Source: an uncultured Chlamydiae bacterium
Lineage (GTDB): Bacteria > Chlamydiota > Chlamydiia > Chlamydiales > JAJFMB01
Assembly: GCA_963696295.1 (NCBI GenBank)
Contig: CAVOJR010000001.1
Coordinates: forward strand, 2,656,001-2,720,000
Direction of reading: 5' to 3'
Length of the DNA stretch: 64,000 nucleotides
This document shows, piece after piece, positions 47,399-56,582 of this stretch. The notes under the pieces were generated by a model that worked only from the letters and a program-made list of their open reading frames with translations, ran no database searches and had not been told where the DNA came from. The translations under genes and the position numbers were made by a program. How positions within the stretch are numbered: position 1 is the stretch's first letter; the number at the start of each line of letters is the position of its first letter.

Positions 47399-50300
47399 TT
47401 ACATCGAATAATTCGTTAAATTGCCAAACTGCTTCGGTAATTGGAGTTGGGGGGCAGGATCGGGGATTTTTAGGATGTTTTGGGACGAGCTTTCTTGATT
47501 TACTGTGACTTTCACCTTCGACTCTTTGGGAATGGGTTGCTGGAATAGGCGCTCATAGATGAGGTCGATGGTTCTGGTTTTGAAGGCGGTGCCATCTTGG
47601 ATGGTCGAGGTGGCTTTCAACGAATTCCATAAGGCGCGGAACTCCTCTGGCTTGGCCTGGATCCACTTTTCTAAAAGGGGGATGTTTTCGACAATGCCAT
47701 TGGTCAGATTCACTGAGGCCAGTACTTCTTGAAACCAAGGATCTGAGTTTATAACCAATTCCGAACTGTTTGGGTATAGTTCTAAAGAACCATTTTGATA
47801 GAGATTGCCATCGGGGGTGAAGAGGGCAGCGCGACAGCTAGGGTCTTTTCTCAACTGCTCCAGATAGTGATGGGCGTCGTCATTGGAAACCACGGCGGCG
47901 CATCTCTCGCCCTTTCTCTCATGGATCAAAATGGTGTAAGCAGGCTTTCTGATTGTTTGACCCGAAAAGAGGTTCAGGGCGTTTTTGCTGATGTATAAAT
48001 TTTTCGGAAAGAAGGGATTGTCGGAAAGAGGGGAATAATTAGAGGAGCTCTTAATGTCCAGATTTTTTAGGCAATCTTCGTTTTTGGCGTAATCGAGGAT
48101 CTCTTTGACTTGTCCGCTCTGAGTTTTTTGCTGCAGGAGGGATTGTTGTTTGACCTCTTCTACTGTGACGCGATAACCGACTTGGCGCGCGGTGGCGGTA
48201 AAATCGTAGAGAGGGCTTTCGGTTTTAGCCACCAGCTTGCTCGCCCGCTCAATGATTTGATTGGCCAGTTTCCATAAATCCTCTTGGCTTTCATCTAGGT
48301 ATTTATTGGTAAAAGCTGTCAGGAAAAGTTTCGTGTCGATCTCCTCAATGGGTATGCCGTAGGCCAGCACAGGGTCTCTTGGCATGGGAAATTCGAAGCA
48401 TTTTTTATATTTTTTATAATTAGCGGGGGTTTTCGCGATTTGCTCTTTGGCAAAGTGCCTCGCGAGAAACTGGATATCTTGCTGCGCTGTAGCCAGGATC
48501 GTGCTTTTGAGCTTCTTCGCTTCGTTTTCGGCAATCCATCCGAACAAACCTTTCACGTCTTCCGTTCCGCTCGATGCTTTAATGAGGGTGCGGATCTTTT
48601 CGGGTAATACCCATAAAGTGGTCTGCCCTTGCGGGTCGATCGGATTTTTTAAGAAGCTTCTCATGCGCATAACGGCTTGGGCGGCGGCGGAGAGGGTGGT
48701 GTTTTCCCCAATCGAGACAATCATCTTGGCGTGATCTGAGAGGGTGAGGTCGGTCCCGGTGGTTTCATCGGCGCCGTAAATTTTGAAGATCCGCTTGCCG
48801 GTGAGGCCCAATGTGGCCAATTCCCTTTTTAAATTGGTGGAGGGAAGCTGAGTCACTTTCTTATCTTTGTCCATGTAGTAGAGCCGCTTTTCTTTCCTCT
48901 CATCGAGATCGAAGTAGATCGCTCCGGCGTAGTCGAGGTCTTTGGCAAATTCGCAAAACGCCTCTGCCCAGGATTTTGGCTGGTGCCCTTTGCTCCAATA
49001 GCCGAGATCGATGATCCCTTCAATGGTTTTAAAGTTTTCCGGGTTTGCCTTATAGAGATCCTCAAAGAGTTTCTTTGGGGTAGATGGCTCAAAATAGTGG
49101 TGCTGCCCGTTATGCGGCAGGCAGCAGCGCTGAACCACATCGGCCAGAAATTCGAGATCGGGCCAATAGGAGTAGCTGTCGTCGAGACCAAAGGGGTAGA
49201 GTTCCTTTTCTCCCAGGGTGGCTGAAAATTGCACGGTGGCAAACGAGCCTGAAACCAAATCGGCACCTGTCGAGGTCATCTTTTCCGGGAAATGCAATAC
49301 TTGAGGGAGAGCGAGGTAGCGCAGATATCTCGTAATCACTTCCGGTTCCTTACCGATCCGCTCGATCATCATTTGCAAAAATTTAGGGTTGTAGAGATCG
49401 GATTCGGTGATCTCCTTTAATTCTATGGGGTCATTTTTCTGCCAGGCTCTAAATCTTAAGGCCAAATCGGTGTCTTCTTTCGCTTCATTCTGCAATTGGA
49501 GGAGGAGTTCTCTCATGGAGCTTTGATGCTCCACGCCTCTTTGCCAGGCGCCTTGACAGGTCAGTGTGGCGGCGATATCGGCGCTTTCAAACTTGGCAGA
49601 GGTCGGCGTTTTCTGATCGCGCGGCGCTTCCACCAGATCGGTTTCGAGGATAGAGGGGCCGTAATCCATCTCACCTACTTTGCTCAAATTGCTGGGCAAG
49701 ATTTTCAGGTAGAGCCCGCGCACGAAAGCAATCTCGGGCTGCAAGCTGGCCGGGAGACTTTTCGGATAGGAGAGTTTTTGATCTTTGACATAAGCCAAGG
49801 CAGCCGGATCGCTCACCTCCAGATCTTTCAGCAACTGCTCGGCAATAGCATCCAGGCACCTTTTTTTCTCCGCTTCCAATACCTGGGCTTGACCATTTTC
49901 CCTTAAGCGTAAAGAGGGTTGATCGACCATCAACTGATACGCGCGGATGAGGATCTCCCGCTGCTTCTCTTCAATCGGTTCGGGCGTGCCTTCAGCTTTG
50001 TTCGCCTGTAATAAACTATCGACGTTGCGGTGCGATTCATCGATCAGGAAGAGGCAATCCTTTTTTAATGTCTTTAAGAATTGATCCAGCTCCCAGAAGA
50101 GCAGTATCTGGTTTTCTTTTAGCGCTCTTTGCCAGGCGAGGTGAACCGCATGGTAGGTCTCGGGCTTAAAGATCAAGCAGGCTTTATTTTGCTTTAGAGA
50201 TTGATTGAGGTCGCGCATCTTTTGCACGTCAAACTGGTACTGCAGATCGATGTCTATATGAGCCGCGTTTTTTTGAAACACCTGGACCAGCACCTCTCTT

Positions 50301-52858
50301 AAGTCTTGCCGCACCACATCAAAAAGGGAGGGGAGGCTGAAGAAGACGGGCGTTTTTCCGTAGCTCAAGCCTTTGGCGGCTATGATGGCGGATATCACCT
50401 TCGTCTTGCCGCCGCCCGCCTGAAATTCGAAAGCGATCCGCTTTAACTGATCATTATCGGGATTTTCTTGGAATAATTGTGTGAACATATCGATCAGGAG
50501 TTTGGCTTGATCGGGCTCGCTTCGCAGCATAAAACCAGTAGAGTATTCGTAAAAGAGGAGCTCCGGCCATGCCTTGGGGTTAAAGGTGCGCGTCTTATTC
50601 AGGATGACGGCCACATCTTGATCGGAGCCGCTGCCTATTTTATTGAACGCCTCTTTCAATTGGTCGAGCCGGGAGGCGCCGAGCATATACTCAATAGCCA
50701 AAGCATGGAGCGCGTTATAGGCGTTTTGATCGAGCAAGGGGTTTTTCAGCAGAGCGGGATTTCCCGTTCCCACCGAAAGCAGAACCTCTTCGAGGGAGAT
50801 CGTTTCTTCCGCTGTGCGAATCTGTGCCATTTGCTCGAAAGAGCGAGCCGTGCTTACCGGATTGGCGAGCTTCTCTATCTCTAGTTTTATTTTTGTGAGC
50901 TTTTCCTCTTGCGCTTTTTGTTCTTTGACAAGGGTTGACGCTAATTCCTCATTCTTTTTATGGAATACAGCAACTTTTACTTTTTTTAAGTTTTCGAAAG
51001 CGCCTTTTAATTTGGCAAAAATCCGCTTGGAAAGGGAAGAATGACCTTTCAAATCGAGCGCAAAGGGGGCGTTGGAAAATACCGGCTTGGTCTCTTTCGT
51101 AAAATAGGCCTGCACGAGCCCAAGGCATGGCGTTTCTTTGCGGGGTGTGCTTTCTTTGGGATAAGTGAAAGGGCAGACTTTGACTGGCGGCTTATTAGGG
51201 ACGGGGAAAGTCGTCTCGGGAATTTCTAATTTATTTTCCGCAGCTTTTAGGGTTTTCGCTAGTTCTCTCGCAATATCGAAAATATATCCGATTTCTTTAT
51301 CATTATTTCCAAGTTGAAATTCGATATGGGCAAACACTTCAGGGTAGTGCCTGACCAGATAGAGCACTTGAACCACCGGGAAGTAGTTTGCGTCCTTTTT
51401 CACAGCATTCCATAAGGTTTGCAAATCCAAATCGAAAGGATGGGCTCCCACCCGTTCCTTATTCTTTAACTGATCCCATTCGCTGACATGGAAAGCGATC
51501 TCCGATTTGCAATGCCGCGCTCTTAAAAAGAGGGGGATGAATTGCTCATATAACTCACCTTGCGAGACTCCCGGCTTAATTCCGAGCGGAGCCTGTGCGA
51601 GATATGTATTATTACCCCAATAAGATGCAGACATAGGAATAGTGGGGGCACATATAATGGAATTGTAGATAGCGTCATGCAGGAATAAGTCTTGAGTAAG
51701 GGGGCCGGGTTTAGCGTGAGACAAAGCATACGCTTTGGCGCCAAGTCCTAGTGTGTTGCCCAAATTGTCCTTTTGCAGGTAGATGAGCAGCTTTTTTTGT
51801 TCCTCATCGGAGAGGCGGAGCTCAAGGGGCAGCGTTTCTGCATCCAGGTGGGAATAGAGAGTGAACTTATCAAAGCATTTGGCAAAATTTTTCCTGAAAT
51901 CTCCCGAGAATACCCATTTATCTTCCAGCCCTTTTAAGACGACTTTGCAGAGGAATGCCAAGGCCTCTGGCGAGGTATCCTTCATCTTGGCCATCTCATC
52001 TAATATGCGCGGATCTAAGGGCTGATGGAGAAGCTGATTCAGATAATGCATGGCCATTTTGTACTCTCCGATCATTTGATAGGCGTAGGCCAGATAGAGA
52101 AGGGCGGAGGGATCTTCAGTGTAGTAGTGACCGTTTTTTTCGATCAGGTCGTACTCAAAGTAGCCTATCTCTATATTCAGGGCTTCATGGGTGAAATATT
52201 CTTTTATATCGAGGGGATGGGCGTTTGATATGACTTTGGCCGGGAGTATCAATTTTTTCACGCGCGGGTCGTCCAGTTTTTCCAATTGCCAAGCCCCGGG
52301 GAAATTCACTCCGTCCAGATAGCCTTGTTTGGAACTGAGGATATACCCTTTATGCTGCTGCGACTCCCACGCTTCCCCTTTTTTTACAAAGGTGAGGCCC
52401 AAATCGCGGCACTCAAAAGAGGTCATTTCTTTATCTTTTGCAAAGAAGAGCGTGCTATTGGCGCTTTGCTCAAAGAAGAGGCGAAAGGGATTGGCTCTGC
52501 CAAGCGGCCTTCTCAGGAGATATTCGCCTCTTTGATTTCGGATTGTTCCCTCTGCGGCATTGACAGTGGCTACGAGGGTGCCATCTTTCTCTGTCACAAA
52601 CCACTCCTTTTCACCCACCCACAAATTCCGTCCTTCCATGAGTTGCTTAAATTCCCCGGCGGCATCTTTGACTTCTTTGGCATTATCGAGTTTAAGCAGC
52701 TCCCCATGACTGAAGGGATGCTTTTTATAGATGCCGTTTTTTGTTATTCTAAAAGAGCCGTCAGCCGCGAGCACTTCATTTTCGCTGACCAGAATTTTGC
52801 TATCTCGACTAATACCGACCTCGGCTAATCCTTTTACCCAATTGGGCCAAGAGGGCAT
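47399..52858 (-). CDS. C-terminal part of a giant protein, DUF3638-like/SF2 helicase-like P-loop domain
   Basis: FYEYSTGFMLR..Q, FEFQAGGGKTKVI, LIDESH, FSATLG, TTGTDL, QAVMRMR. Frame is open upstream to the frameshift at ~52935. Confidence 0.7.
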   Translation of the reverse strand: MPSWPNWVKGLAEVGISRDSKILVSENEVLAADGSFRITKNGIYKKHPFSHGELLKLDNAKEVKDAAGEFKQLMEGRNLWVGEKEWFVTEKDGTLVATVNAAEGTIRNQRGEYLLRRPLGRANPFRLFFEQSANSTLFFAKDKEMTSFECRDLGLTFVKKGEAWESQQHKGYILSSKQGYLDGVNFPGAWQLEKLDDPRVKKLILPAKVISNAHPLDIKEYFTHEALNIEIGYFEYDLIEKNGHYYTEDPSALLYLAYAYQMIGEYKMAMHYLNQLLHQPLDPRILDEMAKMKDTSPEALAFLCKVVLKGLEDKWVFSGDFRKNFAKCFDKFTLYSHLDAETLPLELRLSDEEQKKLLIYLQKDNLGNTLGLGAKAYALSHAKPGPLTQDLFLHDAIYNSIICAPTIPMSASYWGNNTYLAQAPLGIKPGVSQGELYEQFIPLFLRARHCKSEIAFHVSEWDQLKNKERVGAHPFDLDLQTLWNAVKKDANYFPVVQVLYLVRHYPEVFAHIEFQLGNNDKEIGYIFDIARELAKTLKAAENKLEIPETTFPVPNKPPVKVCPFTYPKESTPRKETPCLGLVQAYFTKETKPVFSNAPFALDLKGHSSLSKRIFAKLKGAFENLKKVKVAVFHKKNEELASTLVKEQKAQEEKLTKIKLEIEKLANPVSTARSFEQMAQIRTAEETISLEEVLLSVGTGNPALLKNPLLDQNAYNALHALAIEYMLGASRLDQLKEAFNKIGSGSDQDVAVILNKTRTFNPKAWPELLFYEYSTGFMLRSEPDQAKLLIDMFTQLFQENPDNDQLKRIAFEFQAGGGKTKVISAIIAAKGLSYGKTPVFFSLPSLFDVVRQDLREVLVQVFQKNAAHIDIDLQYQFDVQKMRDLNQSLKQNKACLIFKPETYHAVHLAWQRALKENQILLFWELDQFLKTLKKDCLFLIDESHRNVDSLLQANKAEGTPEPIEEKQREILIRAYQLMVDQPSLRLRENGQAQVLEAEKKRCLDAIAEQLLKDLEVSDPAALAYVKDQKLSYPKSLPASLQPEIAFVRGLYLKILPSNLSKVGEMDYGPSILETDLVEAPRDQKTPTSAKFESADIAATLTCQGAWQRGVEHQSSMRELLLQLQNEAKEDTDLALRFRAWQKNDPIELKEITESDLYNPKFLQMMIERIGKEPEVITRYLRYLALPQVLHFPEKMTSTGADLVSGSFATVQFSATLGEKELYPFGLDDSYSYWPDLEFLADVVQRCCLPHNGQHHYFEPSTPKKLFEDLYKANPENFKTIEGIIDLGYWSKGHQPKSWAEAFCEFAKDLDYAGAIYFDLDERKEKRLYYMDKDKKVTQLPSTNLKRELATLGLTGKRIFKIYGADETTGTDLTLSDHAKMIVSIGENTTLSAAAQAVMRMRSFLKNPIDPQGQTTLWVLPEKIRTLIKASSGTEDVKGLFGWIAENEAKKLKSTILATAQQDIQFLARHFAKEQIAKTPANYKKYKKCFEFPMPRDPVLAYGIPIEEIDTKLFLTAFTNKYLDESQEDLWKLANQIIERASKLVAKTESPLYDFTATARQVGYRVTVEEVKQQSLLQQKTQSGQVKEILDYAKNEDCLKNLDIKSSSNYSPLSDNPFFPKNLYISKNALNLFSGQTIRKPAYTILIHERKGERCAAVVSNDDAHHYLEQLRKDPSCRAALFTPDGNLYQNGSLELYPNSSELVINSDPWFQEVLASVNLTNGIVENIPLLEKWIQAKPEEFRALWNSLKATSTIQDGTAFKTRTIDLIYERLFQQPIPKESKVKVTVNQESSSQNILKIPDPAPQLQLPKQFGNLTNYSM

Positions 52859-52901
52859 TTTTAAGGGGGTTCCATTCCGGAAAATATCTCCCTTGCTAAG
52901 G

Positions 52902-55900
52902 TCAATAGTATATTCTTTGGAATATAAGCCGGGGTAAGCTGACTGTCGACCAGCTTTGGGATGTTGCCATATTCAGTTTTTGTAAAATGGAGTTTCCAAT
53001 CAACTCCTTATTTTCAGACAAATAGGCCTGGAAATGGGCCTGCTGGGCTATTTCACGTATAACATACTCATTATCAGAGATATTCGTTTCATAGAATTTA
53101 GCGCAGGTGTTGTAGATGAGATAGTTGATAAATTGCTCTTTTTTCCATGGGGAGGGGTAGAGTTCCAAAGCCGCCCGGCATTCAAATAGCTCCCCTAGAT
53201 TATCAGACCCATTATTAATCTTAAGATCGAGCCTCTCTTTTAGAGAGTCGACAAAGGACTGATTGAAGGCATGTCCGGCCTGATGTGCCTGCGTTTCACA
53301 GTAGAGGGCTAATTTGATCCACTTTATCGCTTCCATGTGGGATCTAGGACTTAAACTGTTCAGCTGCCTGAGCACCATCTCTTCGATATTTTTTTGGATA
53401 GCCGGCTCTGCTCGCAACGCCTTTAACAGGGCGTGATCGCGGAAAAATCCCGTCTTTACTTCATCAAAAACTTGGATTGCTTCTAAGGGGTGCTGATTGA
53501 CCCAGTTAATCAGGTAAGGGATCCTCATTTCGGGATAGGCATCGAACTGGGCAAAGCTGTTTGCTAGCGATTCGGCAGTGCCGTGATAGATCTCATTTTC
53601 TTTTTTTTCTTGAACGGTATCGTTTTTGAAATAATTTCCCAAAGGCTTGATTTTCTGCTTTAAAGGCGCTGCCACCTTTCGTAAGCCCGATAATTCGATA
53701 CTCTCGTTTATATAGGTCCCAAGAACCCCTTTTTCCTCCCAAGTTCTATGTTGTGTCCTTATAGCATTAATATCGAAGTGGTTGACGGAATCATCTTTTT
53801 GTTTGGGGAGCATGATTTGGTAATGGCGGCTCATCAATTTCGCCAGATTCCTAAATGACTTTGGCAGATGGTCTTCCTCGTTGCAGTTTACGTAAGCTTT
53901 CCAATCTGTAAATCCATATTCCGTCGAGAGCAAACGATAAAGCATCTCCTGTTTGTCTTTGCCGGTTTTTGTGTTGTATTTCGTGATTTTATCTTTGAAT
54001 TGGTAAAGGTAATCGTAAAGATCTTTCACGCAAGGATTTTGAACAGCTGCGAATCTCGCCTCAATGCAGGCGTCAAAATCTTGAATAAAGTCGTTGCTAC
54101 TTAAATTGAGGAACCCGAACAGATCATTTTTTGCGTTAACTGACCGGAAATAGTCGGCAATTTTTTCAAATCGCACAGCCGTATCGCCATAGCGCAGGTC
54201 CAGTTTATGCTGAATGCCATCGAGTAGGGGAACGATATGAAAACCCTTTGGCAGGGTACTGCACAAATGATCGCAAATGGCTAAAGCGTGCAAATTGAAA
54301 AGCACCGTTTCCGGGTCGTTTGAGGGGAGTTTCATATTTGCTTTGGTTAATACGTTGATACATTTCTCTTTTTCCTCATCGGTCAAATTCCACCCCTCAG
54401 TAATAGGCAGTGTGCGCATTAGGGCGAAAATGCCTTTCGTTTTTTCTTCTTCGGTCTCTTTCTGGTATTGCCCGAAAATTTCATCAGCAGATAATCTGTC
54501 CAGCAAGGCGATTTTCTCTTTTAACTCAAGTTTACTATAATCGGGGGTTTTGATGGAGTTTATCGGATTATAATGAGTATCTTTTGTTTCCTTGCTAGCC
54601 CAAGATGTCACTTTGAGCCGGTCAAGCGGCTCTCCCATGTTGGGTAAATCCTGCCCAAGCGGTGGTGTTTTCACTTCAATTCTCTTTAACAACTGGTGAG
54701 TAAAGTCGAGCTCATCTTGGTTGATCATCTTATTTTCGAAGGCTTTTGTAAAGGAATGGGCCGCGGCTTGCCGCAATCTGGCTACGAGCTTTGCCGGCAG
54801 GACATTTGCCATTTTTTCCAAATGCTTAGATGCTTCGATTTTCCCGCTGAGAATCACGCGCTTATACTGTGTTTTATCATCTAGGTGGTCTAGCATGACC
54901 AGGCGGGCCAGCTGCTCTGAGCAGGTGCCGCTCCGTTGCGGGGTAGCAGCCTGAATTTTGCCTTTTTGATTGGGTTTTGAAACGGCAAAAAACATCCCTT
55001 CTAAATCTGTACTTGTCCACTCTCCATTTTTCGGTTCCAAATTCGTAAAGCCGATCAATTTTTCCGCTAAAGCCAGGTCTAATTCCCGATTTTCATGTGA
55101 AAATAGCCGTCTGTCAAGAGTGTGGCCAAGCGATCTATAGCTTGGGCACGGTTTTCCCTCGATTGAAGCCGTCGGGAAAATTTCAGCTCCGTCCCCTTTA
55201 TTTAAAAAATAGTAGGCGAGGCTGCTGCTTTTTTTCTCTATAACTACCCCAAAGACGTGGCCAGGGGATCCGGCTGTTCCTTTGACGCTTAAAGTGAGGA
55301 CGACTCGTTTTCTCTGCTCTAACCGGTCATAGACATAATTGATAAATTCTTCCCCTTTTCCTCCCCTTAGGAGGGATTCCGTTGCGGCCAAGTCCTCAAA
55401 ATCAGCCAGTATTTCCTTTTTTTTCTCTTCTTCGACAAAGGTTTGTAAATTTTTATCCCCTTCAATCACCTGTTTCCAATAAGAGACGGAGTCTTTAGCC
55501 ATCCCGCCTTCATAAGAGGAGTTGCCAATTTGCGTATCGCCTAGGACAAGGGCGATTCTCCTGGCATCGACACCAGTAGCTGAGCATTCCGCCGCGGGCA
55601 ATTGGGTCTTCTCTGGCACCAATGTATTGACGCGCTCCTCTTTTAGCATTTGGATATGGAACCCCTTTTCGGGCCTGGGGATGGAGGGCGCGATCTTTTC
55701 GGCCTTTTGCTGCTTGGGGGGTTTTTCACCTTCCCGGGCAATTTCTTGCACTTGGGCATTTGCTCCCAGAAAAGTGAGTCCGCCGATGACCGGCAGAGCC
55801 GTTCCTACCAGACATTGGCCAAGCCGATTGAAATCCTCGAAGAGCATAGAGGTCAGATTTATTCGCCAATTTCTTAAATCCCGGTCCTCAGACGTATAAC

Positions 55901-56444
55901 CAACCAGATCGACAAAAAACAGCTTTAGCACAATTAACCCCGCGATGCCGGCGACCTCCAGCCCCATCTTGCCAAGGCAGACAGCTCCGAGTACCACCCC
56001 GCCTCCTGGAATGGCGAGGATGAAGTAGGCGACTTTTTCCCTGCTCGTCAGGTGATTTTGGTAGCGGTCGTAAATCTGTTTGATTCTGATGTCGTCCTGG
56101 TTCTTTATAAATTCATACTTCCTTTGGGGGACGGCTTTCGTGGACCAGAGGGTCAATCCCCCCAGAATGGGCAAAGCAAACCTCACTATCCCGATGCCGA
56201 TGTAGCTGATGTGGTAAATAAAGCGCTCTTTGGCTTCCACGCGCAGGACTTGACTATTCTTTTTGGCCAGACTTGCCCCGACGTAGGCGCAAGCCGCCCC
56301 TAACACATGAAAGGTGTTTACTGCCACCGTATAGATCCCGATCGCCTGTCCGACGATTGGCAAGGCGGCGTAGAGATTGGTCGAATTTGGATCTTTATTA
56401 AAATTAACCATTTTTACCAATTTATTAGTTATTAGTATGGTCAT
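52902..56444 (-). CDS. N-terminal part of the same giant protein: hydrophobic hairpins plus putative cysteine protease
   Basis: GHVFGVV..YFLNKGDG..PQRSGTC; joins the 47399-52858 ORF through one frameshift. Confidence 0.6.
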   Translation of the reverse strand: MTILITNKLVKMVNFNKDPNSTNLYAALPIVGQAIGIYTVAVNTFHVLGAACAYVGASLAKKNSQVLRVEAKERFIYHISYIGIGIVRFALPILGGLTLWSTKAVPQRKYEFIKNQDDIRIKQIYDRYQNHLTSREKVAYFILAIPGGGVVLGAVCLGKMGLEVAGIAGLIVLKLFFVDLVGYTSEDRDLRNWRINLTSMLFEDFNRLGQCLVGTALPVIGGLTFLGANAQVQEIAREGEKPPKQQKAEKIAPSIPRPEKGFHIQMLKEERVNTLVPEKTQLPAAECSATGVDARRIALVLGDTQIGNSSYEGGMAKDSVSYWKQVIEGDKNLQTFVEEEKKKEILADFEDLAATESLLRGGKGEEFINYVYDRLEQRKRVVLTLSVKGTAGSPGHVFGVVIEKKSSSLAYYFLNKGDGAEIFPTASIEGKPCPSYRSLGHTLDRRLFSHENRELDLALAEKLIGFTNLEPKNGEWTSTDLEGMFFAVSKPNQKGKIQAATPQRSGTCSEQLARLVMLDHLDDKTQYKRVILSGKIEASKHLEKMANVLPAKLVARLRQAAAHSFTKAFENKMINQDELDFTHQLLKRIEVKTPPLGQDLPNMGEPLDRLKVTSWASKETKDTHYNPINSIKTPDYSKLELKEKIALLDRLSADEIFGQYQKETEEEKTKGIFALMRTLPITEGWNLTDEEKEKCINVLTKANMKLPSNDPETVLFNLHALAICDHLCSTLPKGFHIVPLLDGIQHKLDLRYGDTAVRFEKIADYFRSVNAKNDLFGFLNLSSNDFIQDFDACIEARFAAVQNPCVKDLYDYLYQFKDKITKYNTKTGKDKQEMLYRLLSTEYGFTDWKAYVNCNEEDHLPKSFRNLAKLMSRHYQIMLPKQKDDSVNHFDINAIRTQHRTWEEKGVLGTYINESIELSGLRKVAAPLKQKIKPLGNYFKNDTVQEKKENEIYHGTAESLANSFAQFDAYPEMRIPYLINWVNQHPLEAIQVFDEVKTGFFRDHALLKALRAEPAIQKNIEEMVLRQLNSLSPRSHMEAIKWIKLALYCETQAHQAGHAFNQSFVDSLKERLDLKINNGSDNLGELFECRAALELYPSPWKKEQFINYLIYNTCAKFYETNISDNEYVIREIAQQAHFQAYLSENKELIGNSILQKLNMATSQSWSTVSLPRLIFQRIYY

Positions 56445-56582
56445 TGTATCAAATTATTATTAATATTATATAAAGATTTTAAGGGGGTCCCGGCAAAGTT
56501 TGATCCCCTAAAAGTAGACCTTTTCCAAAAAGGGAAACTCTGTTATTATCTCTATCTTTTAATAAATTAGGAAATAATAATT

